Part shown: positions 1 to 6,862 of the stretch, piece by piece | Layout of the letters: every line of letters starts with the position of its first letter | How positions within the stretch are numbered: the first letter of the stretch is position 1 | DNA from: a virus | Taxonomy: Duplodnaviria; Caudoviricetes | Reading direction: 5' to 3' (one strand) | Length of the DNA: 59,633 nucleotides | IMG/VR virus record: IMGVR_UViG_3300032323_001198 | Span: 1 to 59,633 of that record | Notes under the pieces: model-generated | The model's database searches: none | What the model saw: only the letters and a program-made list of their open reading frames with translations | Told to the model about the DNA's origin: nothing | Position numbers and translations under genes: made by a program

Positions 1-55
1 AAAGTAGTAGGCTTTTAACCTATTAATCAGAGTTCGATTCTCTGTGCCCCTACCA
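1..55 (+). tRNA. tRNA-Lys(TTT), 5' end truncated by window edge
   Basis: Anticodon arm GTAGG-cttttaa-CCTAT, T-arm CAGAG-ttcgatt-CTCTG, 3' ACCA. Confidence 0.88.
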
Positions 56-146
56 TATGAAAACATACTTGATTTTAGACATAGTCTAGATAGTAAGGAC
101 AGAACACCATCCGTTCAATGAGAAAGTTCCAAGTATGTTTCCATAT
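55..146 (+). ncRNA. Candidate structured RNA 1 in tRNA array
   Basis: Ends pair 16/17 bp (ATATGAAAACATACTTG / CAAGTATGTTTCCATAT); internal TTAGAC-ata-GTCTAG hairpin; exactly fills the space between two tRNAs. Confidence 0.5.
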
Positions 147-221
147 GGTAATGTAGCATAATGGTTGTGCAACACCTTCATACGGTGCCCGGTGTGAGTT
201 CGAATCTCACCTTTACCACCA
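147..221 (+). tRNA. tRNA-Met/Ile2 (CAT)
   Basis: Acceptor GGTAATG/CTTTACC, anticodon loop ttCATac, T-loop TTCGAAT, ACCA. Confidence 0.88.
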
Positions 222-224
222 AGT

Positions 225-442
225 TTGTTGTAAGTGTCAGCAAGAGAACAACACGCTATAGAGGTTTCTTCGAAGGACTGATATAGTAGAAGGCAAATGG
301 GTTCGACTCCCAGAGGATCGGAAGATCCTCGCAGATTGGTTGCTACGCTGGTCCAGTATCCCAAGTGACTTACCGAGTCCTGCCCGGGCTAGTTAATCCA
401 GGTGAATGGTGCCAATAACGATGGTGGCACTACTTGCAACAA
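225..442 (+). ncRNA. Candidate structured RNA 2 (~220 nt)
   Basis: 11-bp terminal stem TTGTTGTAAGT/ACTTGCAACAA; UUCG hairpin, T-loop-like TGGG-ttcgact-CCCA, GAGGATC-ggaa-GATCCTC GNRA hairpin, GTGCCA/TGGCAC helix. Confidence 0.65.
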
Positions 443-453
443 TTCAATACTGA

Positions 454-527
454 TCGGGTGTAGTGTAATGGTAACACCACAGACTTTGACTCTGTTATTC
501 TAGGTTCGAGCCCTAGCACCCGTGCCA
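454..527 (+). tRNA. tRNA-Gln(TTG)
   Basis: Cloverleaf, ACAGA-ctTTGac-TCTGT, G73-CCA. Confidence 0.93.
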
Positions 528-533
528 ATCAAT

Positions 534-607
534 GGTGTTAGTAGTGTAGTGGTTGCACAACTGTCTGTGAAACAGTTAGACAGGGTTCGATTCCCGCTTT
601 CACCCCA
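534..607 (+). tRNA. tRNA-His(GTG)
   Basis: ACTGT-ctGTGaa-ACAGT, G-1/C73, CCA; acceptor stem imperfect. Confidence 0.88.
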
Positions 608-612
608 AACAT

Positions 613-688
613 GCCAACTTAGCAAATGTGGTCATTGCGGCCGCCTGAAGAGCGGTGGAACTTGGTTCGATCCCAAGAGTTGGCACCA
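613..688 (+). tRNA. tRNA-Phe(GAA)
   Basis: GCCAACT/AGTTGGC acceptor, loop ctGAAga, ACCA. Confidence 0.93.
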
Positions 689-693
689 TATAT

Positions 694-770
694 CGGTCCT
701 TAACTCAGTTGGATAGAGTGCCTGTCTTCGAAACAGGAAGTCGTGGGTTCGAATCCTGCAGGACCGGCCA
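694..770 (+). tRNA. tRNA-Arg(TCG)
   Basis: CGGTCCT/AGGACCG acceptor, CCTGT-ctTCGaa-ACAGG, GCCA. Confidence 0.93.
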
Positions 771-785
771 TTTTAGGAGAATGTT

Positions 786-977
786 ATGAAATCAACCTTG
801 TTTAAAAATAAACTTAATAACGAGCGTTTTGTTTGTGACGATATCCGGCTGACTGAAAACATCGATGGCGTTGAATATATTATTGTACATAGACCCAACG
901 AGCATCGACATTTTAAAATGCGTAAAGATGTTTTAGAAAAAATCAAAGTAACCGATAGTAAAAATAAACCTCTATAA
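786..977 (+). CDS. Hypothetical phage protein (63 aa)
   Basis: ORF with AGGAG Shine-Dalgarno upstream. Confidence 0.75.
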   Translation: MKSTLFKNKLNNERFVCDDIRLTENIDGVEYIIVHRPNEHRHFKMRKDVLEKIKVTDSKNKPL

Positions 978-980
978 ATA
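973..980 (+). promoter_or_regulatory. T4-type late promoter box TATAAATA
   Basis: Exact TATAAATA ~20 nt upstream of the TauD-like gene. Confidence 0.6.
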
Positions 981-1001
981 TGTTACTTTGAGGGAATATA
1001 C

Positions 1002-2057
1002 ATGAAGATAAGCAAAATACCAGGTCTAGGACGTTTTGGTGTATATATCGACAATGTCGATTTAAACAACATTTCAGACGAAGAATGGATGGAGATTGGT
1101 AAGATACATTTAGAATCTCTAGTAACAATTATTAGAAACACAGATGTTACTCCTTATAATTATTATAGATTGATAATGAAATGGGGTCCAAGCAGATGGA
1201 ATCGTCCTATTGCTTTCTATAAGAAATATGGAAAGCCTTTAAAAGAATTAGTAATGAATAAAGAACTAGATGAAGAAGATCAACTAGTTTTCGATAATGG
1301 TCGCAGATGGCAATTTGATAAGCGTTGCCCAGGCATGGTCTGTGTAACACCTAAAAAGAATACCCGAGGACAAAGTATGGGTATTTTTGGAGATGGAGAA
1401 TTGCTGTGGCACAGCAACGAATGCGGCGATGTAGCGTTTACTCCCGGAGTAGCATTGTTAGGATATGAAAACGTAGATCAAACTGCTACAGGGTTTTGTA
1501 CCAGTCCAGATTGGTATGAAAAACAATCGGAAAGTTTTCGCAGTGAACTAGATGAAATGATCATTGTTCATAATTATCGTCCAATGGCTATGAGTCCAAT
1601 TGTTATCGAAGATCAAGAAAAGTTTTATAAAAACAATATGGCTCCTGAAAACGATATGAAGGTGCCGCTGATCATACAAAGCCCAGGTGGCATCAAAGGT
1701 GTACACTTAGGTATTAACACCTTTGATAAAATTGAAGGCATGAGTGTAGAAGATAGTAAAAAAATCTTTGACAAAATTCGTAGAGAAATGATAGTGCCAG
1801 AATACTGCTACGATCATTGGTACGGTGGCCGAGACATCTGTTTGTTCGATAACAGTATTACTTTGCACAATAGATCTATTCACGAAAGTATTGGAATCGC
1901 TCCTGAGAGACTAGGACTGCGCATTCAATATGATTTTGATAATCTTACTGGCAAATTTTACGAGCCTTTCTATCAAGAAGAATTCAATGATCTCAAGAAA
2001 GAAAGATTGAATATTCTAGATAAGGCTATGGAAGGTATGCTAATTAAGACTGACTGA
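1002..2057 (+). CDS. TauD/TfdA-family Fe(II)/2OG dioxygenase-like protein
   Basis: N-terminal FGVYIDNVDL, WHSNE (HxD position), TATGFC, C-terminal FDNSITLHNR match TauD layout. Confidence 0.8.
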   Translation: MKISKIPGLGRFGVYIDNVDLNNISDEEWMEIGKIHLESLVTIIRNTDVTPYNYYRLIMKWGPSRWNRPIAFYKKYGKPLKELVMNKELDEEDQLVFDNGRRWQFDKRCPGMVCVTPKKNTRGQSMGIFGDGELLWHSNECGDVAFTPGVALLGYENVDQTATGFCTSPDWYEKQSESFRSELDEMIIVHNYRPMAMSPIVIEDQEKFYKNNMAPENDMKVPLIIQSPGGIKGVHLGINTFDKIEGMSVEDSKKIFDKIRREMIVPEYCYDHWYGGRDICLFDNSITLHNRSIHESIGIAPERLGLRIQYDFDNLTGKFYEPFYQEEFNDLKKERLNILDKAMEGMLIKTD

Positions 2058-2683
2058 TGTCATATAAAGTTGTCGAATATTCACCCAAACTAGACCTTAC
2101 GGAATTCTATAAAGAGAATCAACGTCGAGGTCTAGAAAACAATACTAGTCAACAGGCTATGTTTGATTGCTTTCGCAACGAACCACACTGGAACGGTTGG
2201 CTAGTAGAGTATAACAACAGATTCATCGGCGGAGTTTGTATACACAGTTTCGATGATGTCATGGGTCCTAATAGTTACAGAATTTATGCTAGATCCTGCT
2301 TTCATACAGAACTTAGCATGAAGCCAACAGGTTATGTAAAAAGTCATTATACTAATCTACAAAATGTAGGATTACAATTATTCACTCCTGTTTCTATAGA
2401 ATGGGCAGGCATAGATAAAAAATTTTACGGCAGCAGTAATTCAAGAGATGTTGGTTCTGCACAAGTAGTAGATAAAGTTTGGTTTCCAAGATTAGCAGAA
2501 AGAGGAATCTTTACAAGAATTACCGAAGTATTTTACAGAGGTCATTATCAAAATATCTGGGAATTAAATGTTCAAGAGTATTTGAGACAGATAAAAACAG
2601 TACCGCATTGGGATTGCAAATTTCCTGGTGTGGATCTTAGAAAAGAAATGCCTCTGCCGATGGAGCGGTGCCAGGCCTTCTAA
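2057..2683 (+). CDS. Hypothetical protein, possible GNAT-fold acyltransferase
   Basis: Coupled to upstream gene (TGATG); WLVEYNNRFIGGVCIH...YRIYAR pattern recalls GNAT strands; 3' end overlaps a tRNA. Confidence 0.55.
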   Translation: MSYKVVEYSPKLDLTEFYKENQRRGLENNTSQQAMFDCFRNEPHWNGWLVEYNNRFIGGVCIHSFDDVMGPNSYRIYARSCFHTELSMKPTGYVKSHYTNLQNVGLQLFTPVSIEWAGIDKKFYGSSNSRDVGSAQVVDKVWFPRLAERGIFTRITEVFYRGHYQNIWELNVQEYLRQIKTVPHWDCKFPGVDLRKEMPLPMERCQAF

Positions 2684-2721
2684 GCCAGGTTATGGAGGTT
2701 CGAATCCTTCCAGAGGCGCCA
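2650..2721 (+). tRNA. Atypical tRNA-Arg(TCT) with shortened D-arm region
   Basis: GCCTCTG/CAGAGGC acceptor, loop ctTCTaa, T-arm GGAGG-ttcgaat-CCTTC, GCCA; lacks normal U8-A9 connector. Confidence 0.7.
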
Positions 2722-2728
2722 AAAACCG

Positions 2729-2757
2729 TTGACAAGTAGACAAATAGATCATATAAT
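2729..2757 (+). promoter_or_regulatory. Sigma70 consensus promoter
   Basis: TTGACA-17 nt-TATAAT. Confidence 0.85.
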
Positions 2758-2783
2758 ATAGGCTGTTCAATAGAAATTCAATT

Positions 2784-2866
2784 GCCCTGGTGGTGAAATT
2801 GGTAGACACGCTGGTCTTAGAAGCCAGTGCGCAAGCGTGACGGTTCGAGTCCGTCCTGGGGCACCA
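2784..2866 (+). tRNA. tRNA-Leu(TAG)
   Basis: Class II cloverleaf, CTGGT-ctTAGaa-GCCAG, ACCA. Confidence 0.93.
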
Positions 2867-2871
2867 AATAC

Positions 2872-2956
2872 GCGAGTGTGGTGAAATAGGTAGACACAAG
2901 AGACTTAAAATCTCTCGGCTTCGGTCGTGCCGGTTCGATTCCGGCCACTCGCACCA
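2872..2956 (+). tRNA. tRNA-Leu(TAA)
   Basis: Class II cloverleaf, AGAGA-ctTAAaa-TCTCT, ACCA. Confidence 0.94.
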
Positions 2957-2963
2957 AGTTTAC

Positions 2964-3038
2964 GGATCGTTAGCACAGCGGTAGTGCGGCGCCCTTACAA
3001 GGCGTAGGTCGTAGGTTCGATCCCTACACGATCCACCA
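2964..3038 (+). tRNA. tRNA-Val(TAC)
   Basis: GGATCGT/ACGATCC acceptor, loop ctTACaa, ACCA. Confidence 0.93.
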
Positions 3039-3045
3039 AATTAAT

Positions 3046-3137
3046 GCCTCTGTAGTTTAATGGTAAAACGGCGGATTTATATCCCGTAAGCAACAGATAA
3101 TTGGTTCATCTGGGTTCGAATCCCGGCGGAGGCACCA
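3046..3137 (+). tRNA. tRNA-Ile(TAT) with ~22-nt variable region
   Basis: GCCTCTG/CGGAGGC acceptor, GCGGA-ttTATat-CCCGT, long extra arm, T-loop TTCGAAT, ACCA. Confidence 0.8.
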
Positions 3138-3166
3138 TTGACATACGTTAGAAAAGACTGTATAAT
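3138..3166 (+). promoter_or_regulatory. Sigma70 consensus promoter
   Basis: TTGACA-17 nt-TATAAT, 6 nt before an ATG. Confidence 0.85.
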
Positions 3167-3172
3167 AACATT

Positions 3173-3325
3173 ATGAAATTATATGAAGCAACAATAAGAA
3201 CCAAAGACGGTAAAGAATTTAAAGATCGTGTGGGTGCCAATTCTGCTGAAGAAGCAAGAATGCTATTACAGCAAAGGCACGGCCCTAGGGCTGTTCCATA
3301 TGTTCCTCATATGATTCCAAGTTAA
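3173..3325 (+). CDS. Small hypothetical protein (50 aa, MKLYEATIRTKDGKEFKDRVGANSAEEARMLL...), leaderless
   Basis: Manually read ORF below the track cutoff; fills the gap between promoter and tRNA-Ser. Confidence 0.7.
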   Translation: MKLYEATIRTKDGKEFKDRVGANSAEEARMLLQQRHGPRAVPYVPHMIPS

Positions 3326-3326
3326 C

Positions 3327-3416
3327 GGAGAGTGGGCAGGATGGTAATGCAGCGGATTGCTAATCCGTAGATCGTAGTAATACGGTCAGTGGGTTCGACT
3401 CCCACACTCTCCACCA
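3327..3416 (+). tRNA. tRNA-Ser(GCT)
   Basis: GGAGAGT/ACTCTCC, GCGGA-ttGCTaa-TCCGT, long variable arm, ACCA. Confidence 0.92.
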
Positions 3417-3435
3417 TTTTTACAAAAGGAAAAAA

Positions 3436-3606
3436 ATGAAATCAGGTCCAAACTATAAAATGACTAAACAGTCCAAAAGATTTTTAGCCACTATTGTCGA
3501 TCCTCATAAAAGAGCATTGTTCAAGGCAGGCACTATCCAAGCAGAACTAGCAGCCTTGGTACAGCCTAGAAGAGAAAAAAATCGCAAAGAAGCACCAGCA
3601 GAATAA
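3436..3606 (+). CDS. Small basic hypothetical protein (56 aa, MKSGPNYKMTKQSKRFLATIVDPHKR...)
   Basis: Manually read ORF with AAGGA Shine-Dalgarno, between tRNAs. Confidence 0.7.
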   Translation: MKSGPNYKMTKQSKRFLATIVDPHKRALFKAGTIQAELAALVQPRREKNRKEAPAE

Positions 3607-3616
3607 GTAATTTACT

Positions 3617-3690
3617 GGGGGATTAGTTAAATGGGATAACAACGGCTTTGCAAGCCGTGATTAACAGTTCGATTCTGTTATCCTCCACCA
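3617..3690 (+). tRNA. tRNA-Ala(TGC)
   Basis: G3:U70 pair, ACGGC-ttTGCaa-GCCGT, ACCA. Confidence 0.93.
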
Positions 3691-3695
3691 GAATT

Positions 3696-3769
3696 GCCGC
3701 TTTAGTTAAATGGTATAACAGTTGCCTTGTAAGCATCAATCGTTGGTTCGATTCCATCAAGCGGCACCA
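3696..3769 (+). tRNA. tRNA-Thr(TGT)
   Basis: GCCGCTT/AAGCGGC, loop ctTGTaa, ACCA. Confidence 0.92.
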
Positions 3770-3785
3770 AGATAACCAAAATGTC

Positions 3786-3813
3786 TTGACAAAGACAAAA
3801 AAGAGTGTATAAT
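3786..3813 (+). promoter_or_regulatory. Sigma70 consensus promoter
   Basis: TTGACA-16 nt-TATAAT. Confidence 0.75.
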
Positions 3814-3846
3814 AAGTTTTGTTGTGTAGCAATACACAACCGGCGA

Positions 3847-4082
3847 GGTAGAAGGTAGATGAGGATAGACACAAGGCTTAGGCTACATGCCTAATCCAAA
3901 CTACATCTGGCAAAGACTCTTGAAAAGTCTACGTGCTTGAGTGATCCGATTTTATCTAATACCCTGTCATTTGCTGATCGGAAATATTCAGGCCTCTGTC
4001 GCCTGTTTATTGAAAGTTGTCAAAGGGTGGACTTGTGAAACCCTGCCTGTCAATTGTCCGGTCTATTACTTGACCTTTTACC
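3847..4082 (+). ncRNA. Candidate structured RNA or leader 3 (~235 nt)
   Basis: Ends pair GGTAGAAGGT/ACCTTTTACC then ATAGAC/GTCTAT; internal TTAGGC/GCCTAA and AGACT/AGTCT hairpins; follows a promoter; no credible ORF. Confidence 0.55.
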
Positions 4083-4109
4083 AAACCGTTTTTATAAAGA
4101 GAGACACAA

Positions 4110-4682
4110 ATGAATATCACACTACGCAAGGCAAACGCAGTTCAAAACAGCATCAATGATGCAGTTAAAAGCATCAAAGTTGAGTTGAATGTAGAACTTA
4201 ACGAGTTTCAAAATATTGAAGAAATCATCAGTAAAGCCAACAATGACCTTGTAAACAATGATGGTCGTAGACAGGCTCTTACTATGGCTCTATACAATAT
4301 TCGAGCCCTCGTAGGTACAGCCAATACCTCTAGCGGTATTGACACAGCATTGGCCAAGGCAGCGTTTATCGATAAGCGTATCAGCCAACTAGAAGAACTA
4401 GCCAAGGCTACAGAGATTACTTCTTTAGAAGTGATCAAAGGTAAACTTGAGAAAATTAAAAATCTCAAAGACGAAGCCCGTAGCCGCATGTTTGGTTACG
4501 GTGACACTGTAACAACATCTGTTCTTGGTAAAGAACAAATCGCTCAGGCCAAGGCAGAAATCCTTAACCTGAAAAAGCAAAAACAAAAACTCAATGACGA
4601 AATTCTTGAGTTGAATATCAAAACTGAGATTCCTCTCAGTGATGATGTAGTCAAGACACTACAAGCAGAAGGACTGCTTTAA
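4110..4682 (+). CDS. Coiled-coil hypothetical phage protein
   Basis: 190-aa helical K/E/L-rich ORF with purine-rich upstream. Confidence 0.85.
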   Translation: MNITLRKANAVQNSINDAVKSIKVELNVELNEFQNIEEIISKANNDLVNNDGRRQALTMALYNIRALVGTANTSSGIDTALAKAAFIDKRISQLEELAKATEITSLEVIKGKLEKIKNLKDEARSRMFGYGDTVTTSVLGKEQIAQAKAEILNLKKQKQKLNDEILELNIKTEIPLSDDVVKTLQAEGLL

Positions 4683-4685
4683 TAA

Positions 4686-4878
4686 CCCCTGTTACACTTT
4701 TCAGGAAGAAAGTGCGCCATTACCAAGCGATAGAAGGTGCGGTGCTTAGGATCTACCGCAAGGCTCTGTTGGGAGCGACTTGAGAAATCCTAGGTACGAA
4801 CTGTAACGGCTCCAAAAGCAGAATACAGCGGACAGGGTAACAACTCAGTCTAGGGCGGAACGGGAACCGTGGCTAGAC
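4686..4878 (+). ncRNA. Candidate structured RNA 4 (~190 nt)
   Basis: CCCTGTT/GACAGGG long-range helix, CACTTT/AAAGTG, GTGCTTAGGAT/ATCCTAGGTAC, 3' GTCTAG/CTAGAC hairpin; GC-rich and non-coding. Confidence 0.6.
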
Positions 4879-4881
4879 ACT

Positions 4882-4988
4882 TTTAAAGAGTAGATTGACA
4901 AGATTTTAACACTCCGGCAAGAGTAACATTATCAAGTCGATTTGCCGATCGAGGGGTCCCATAATCGCCCTTCAGTCTACTCCTTAAA
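4882..4988 (+). ncRNA. Candidate structured RNA 5 (~107 nt)
   Basis: 16/17-bp terminal stem TTTAAAGAGTAGATTGA/TCAGTCTACTCCTTAAA, internal CGGCAA/TTGCCG. Confidence 0.55.
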
Positions 4989-5000
4989 GTTAAGAACAGA

Positions 5001-5076
5001 CGCAGAGTGTTAGAAGTGGTATCTGGCAAGGCTCATAACCTTGAGGTCGGTGGTTCGAATCCACCCTCTGCAACCA
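5001..5076 (+). tRNA. Initiator-type tRNA-fMet(CAT)
   Basis: C1:A72 mismatch, CAAGG-ctCATaa-CCTTG, ACCA. Confidence 0.88.
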
Positions 5077-5080
5077 AGTT

Positions 5081-5317
5081 ATTGATAGTAGTATAAGGTC
5101 CGAGCAACGATCGAAAGACGATTCTAAGCGGGTGGAACTGCAAAGTTGGTGCATCGTAGGTGCATTGTTGGCTGTAATATGATCAACGGCCTTTTACAGG
5201 GTAAAGGGATTGAACAGTAACGGATTCCATGTTAGGCTGGACTATAGAAGCAGGCGCTGTAATGCCTGGGCGGCCAAGGGTATCGTCCCAAACCAAAACT
5301 TCAGTATTACTATCAAT
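5081..5317 (+). ncRNA. Candidate structured RNA 6 (~237 nt)
   Basis: 13-bp terminal stem ATTGATAGTAGTA/TATTACTATCAAT; internal TTTAC/GTAAA and CAGGC/GCCTG helices; fills gap between two tRNAs. Confidence 0.65.
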
Positions 5318-5324
5318 ATTCAAA

Positions 5325-5399
5325 CTCGCTGTAGTTCAATGGATAGAACGGCTCTCTCCTAAAGAGTAGATCCAGGTTCGATTCCTGGTAGCGAGACCA
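5325..5399 (+). tRNA. tRNA-Arg(CCT)
   Basis: GCTCT-ctCCTaa-AGAGT, T-loop TTCGATT, ACCA. Confidence 0.92.
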
Positions 5400-5420
5400 G
5401 AAGTTAAATAAAAGAATAAT

Positions 5421-5494
5421 GCGGGGTTCGTATAGTGGTAATACCTCAGCCTTCCAAGCTGATGCGGAGAGTTCGATTCTCTTACCCCGCTCCA
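5421..5494 (+). tRNA. tRNA-Gly(TCC)
   Basis: GCGGGGT/ACCCCGC, loop ctTCCaa, U73-CCA. Confidence 0.94.
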
Positions 5495-5498
5495 AAAT

Positions 5499-6074
5499 AT
5501 GCAAGTTATAGATCAAAACAATACCTTTAGAAAATTTGATTTTAGTTCTGTGATTTCTGAAGAAGACAATCAAGAAGCCTGCAGAATAATAAAGAGCATA
5601 ATAGCAGATGGTAATTATTTTACCAATTCGCCTAAGTACCAAACTAAAGAAAATATTTTCAGTCGTAAAGAACCTGTATGGTTAAAATACAGGATGAGTT
5701 TTTTATTTTCTGTATTCATGTATCTAGGTCGAGAAGTTAAAGTAGGTAACATGATGGCTTGGTCATTTATGACCAATCTCGAGGGTGCCGAGAATCGTGA
5801 AAAACTGTGGCACCATCATTGGCATCCTACTAAACCAGAAGCCAAAATGCTCAGCGGCATTTGGTATCTACATATTCCCAATGATGTTAAAGATTTAGAT
5901 TATTGCGGAACAGAAATGGCTCCGAATGGGTTAGATCACGAAGATAGATTTTTTGTAAAACCTAGCAATCATTCATGGTTGCTTTATCCCTCGGATAAAT
6001 GGCACAGACCTGGGATTGTACAAAGTAATCAATATAGATTTATATTAGCCGCAGACATAGAATACTTCGATTGA
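5499..6074 (+). CDS. Putative Fe(II)/2OG oxygenase (cupin fold)
   Basis: WHHHWH...LSGIWYL...LLYPS..WHRPG...RFILAAD pattern typical of phage 2OG oxygenases. Confidence 0.7.
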   Translation: MQVIDQNNTFRKFDFSSVISEEDNQEACRIIKSIIADGNYFTNSPKYQTKENIFSRKEPVWLKYRMSFLFSVFMYLGREVKVGNMMAWSFMTNLEGAENREKLWHHHWHPTKPEAKMLSGIWYLHIPNDVKDLDYCGTEMAPNGLDHEDRFFVKPSNHSWLLYPSDKWHRPGIVQSNQYRFILAADIEYFD

Positions 6075-6099
6075 CATCAGAGCAGTTTGGTGCTATAAT
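6071..6099 (+). promoter_or_regulatory. Sigma70 promoter with extended -10
   Basis: TTGACA-17 nt-TATAAT with TGn. Confidence 0.85.
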
Positions 6100-6119
6100 A
6101 TAACTTTAAGGAGTGAGAT

Positions 6120-6659
6120 ATGGCACCGTGGATTCAAAACGTAGCACTTAGCGACATCCGTAAAGGGTTTCATATCGATGCGGGCATCAACTCTATGCTG
6201 ATCCAAATTTGCGATCCGCCAGGAGATTTTCCTACTCCAAAATATCAATTCAAAGAAGTTCATCAGTTTCAGTTTTTGGACGTTGAAGAAAAGGATCATG
6301 TTTTGGACGAGGCAATGCGTTGTAGTCAAGAACAGGCTAACGAACTTGTGCGTCTGTTACAACGTGCATTTGAAAATCGTATGAATGTTGTTGTTCATTG
6401 TCATGCAGGTGTGTGTCGCAGCGGAGCAGTCTGCGAAATTGGTGTTATGCTAGGCTTCCGTGATACTGAAGCATTCCGTAGTCCTAATCTACTGGTCAAG
6501 CACCGTATGATGCGAGCCTTGGGTTGGACCTACGACGAGCAGGAACCACATTCTATTAATGGGAAACCTTTGACAGAAGATTGGACTAACGACAACGAAA
6601 AGATTTTTACACTGGCTGCAGAGCGTAGAGCACACAGAGAAAGAGAAGGTGATATATGA
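6120..6659 (+). CDS. Protein tyrosine/dual-specificity phosphatase-like protein
   Basis: VVHCHAGVCRS = HCx5R P-loop. Confidence 0.85.
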   Translation: MAPWIQNVALSDIRKGFHIDAGINSMLIQICDPPGDFPTPKYQFKEVHQFQFLDVEEKDHVLDEAMRCSQEQANELVRLLQRAFENRMNVVVHCHAGVCRSGAVCEIGVMLGFRDTEAFRSPNLLVKHRMMRALGWTYDEQEPHSINGKPLTEDWTNDNEKIFTLAAERRAHREREGDI

Positions 6660-6847
6660 TACATTTGAATGTTTTTGAATTAGATAAAATTAAAAAGATC
6701 TGTGAAACTACAGGTGTAGAATATTTTGTACTAGAGCAAACAACTAACTCTGGTATTGGTAGCATTCTTACATTAACTTATGAAACAGAAATAGCAGATT
6801 ATCCTGCTAAAGTATCCGTTGAAGTAACTGGTGTAGAAAATTGGTAA
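6656..6847 (+). CDS. Hypothetical protein
   Basis: ATGA overlap with upstream gene. Confidence 0.7.
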   Translation: MIHLNVFELDKIKKICETTGVEYFVLEQTTNSGIGSILTLTYETEIADYPAKVSVEVTGVENW

Positions 6848-6862
6848 AGAAAGGAGAGCACT

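Noticed and set aside
86-716. ORFs 86-364(-) and 522-716(+), and likewise 2690-2899, 3623-3874 and 5313-5642
   Set aside because: They overlap well-formed tRNA genes or structured RNAs and are shadow ORFs.
3941-4159. 72-aa ORF with GTG start
   Set aside because: No SD, lies within a base-paired region and overlaps the stronger 4110 gene out of frame.
4896-4925. TTGACA as a promoter -35 box
   Set aside because: No -10 hexamer at 16-18 nt spacing; it is part of a stem.
4686-5317. tmRNA, SRP RNA or group I intron identity for the structured RNAs
   Set aside because: No tRNA-Ala-like ends with a tag ORF, no SRP domain IV motif, and no recognisable P7 core or interrupted exon.
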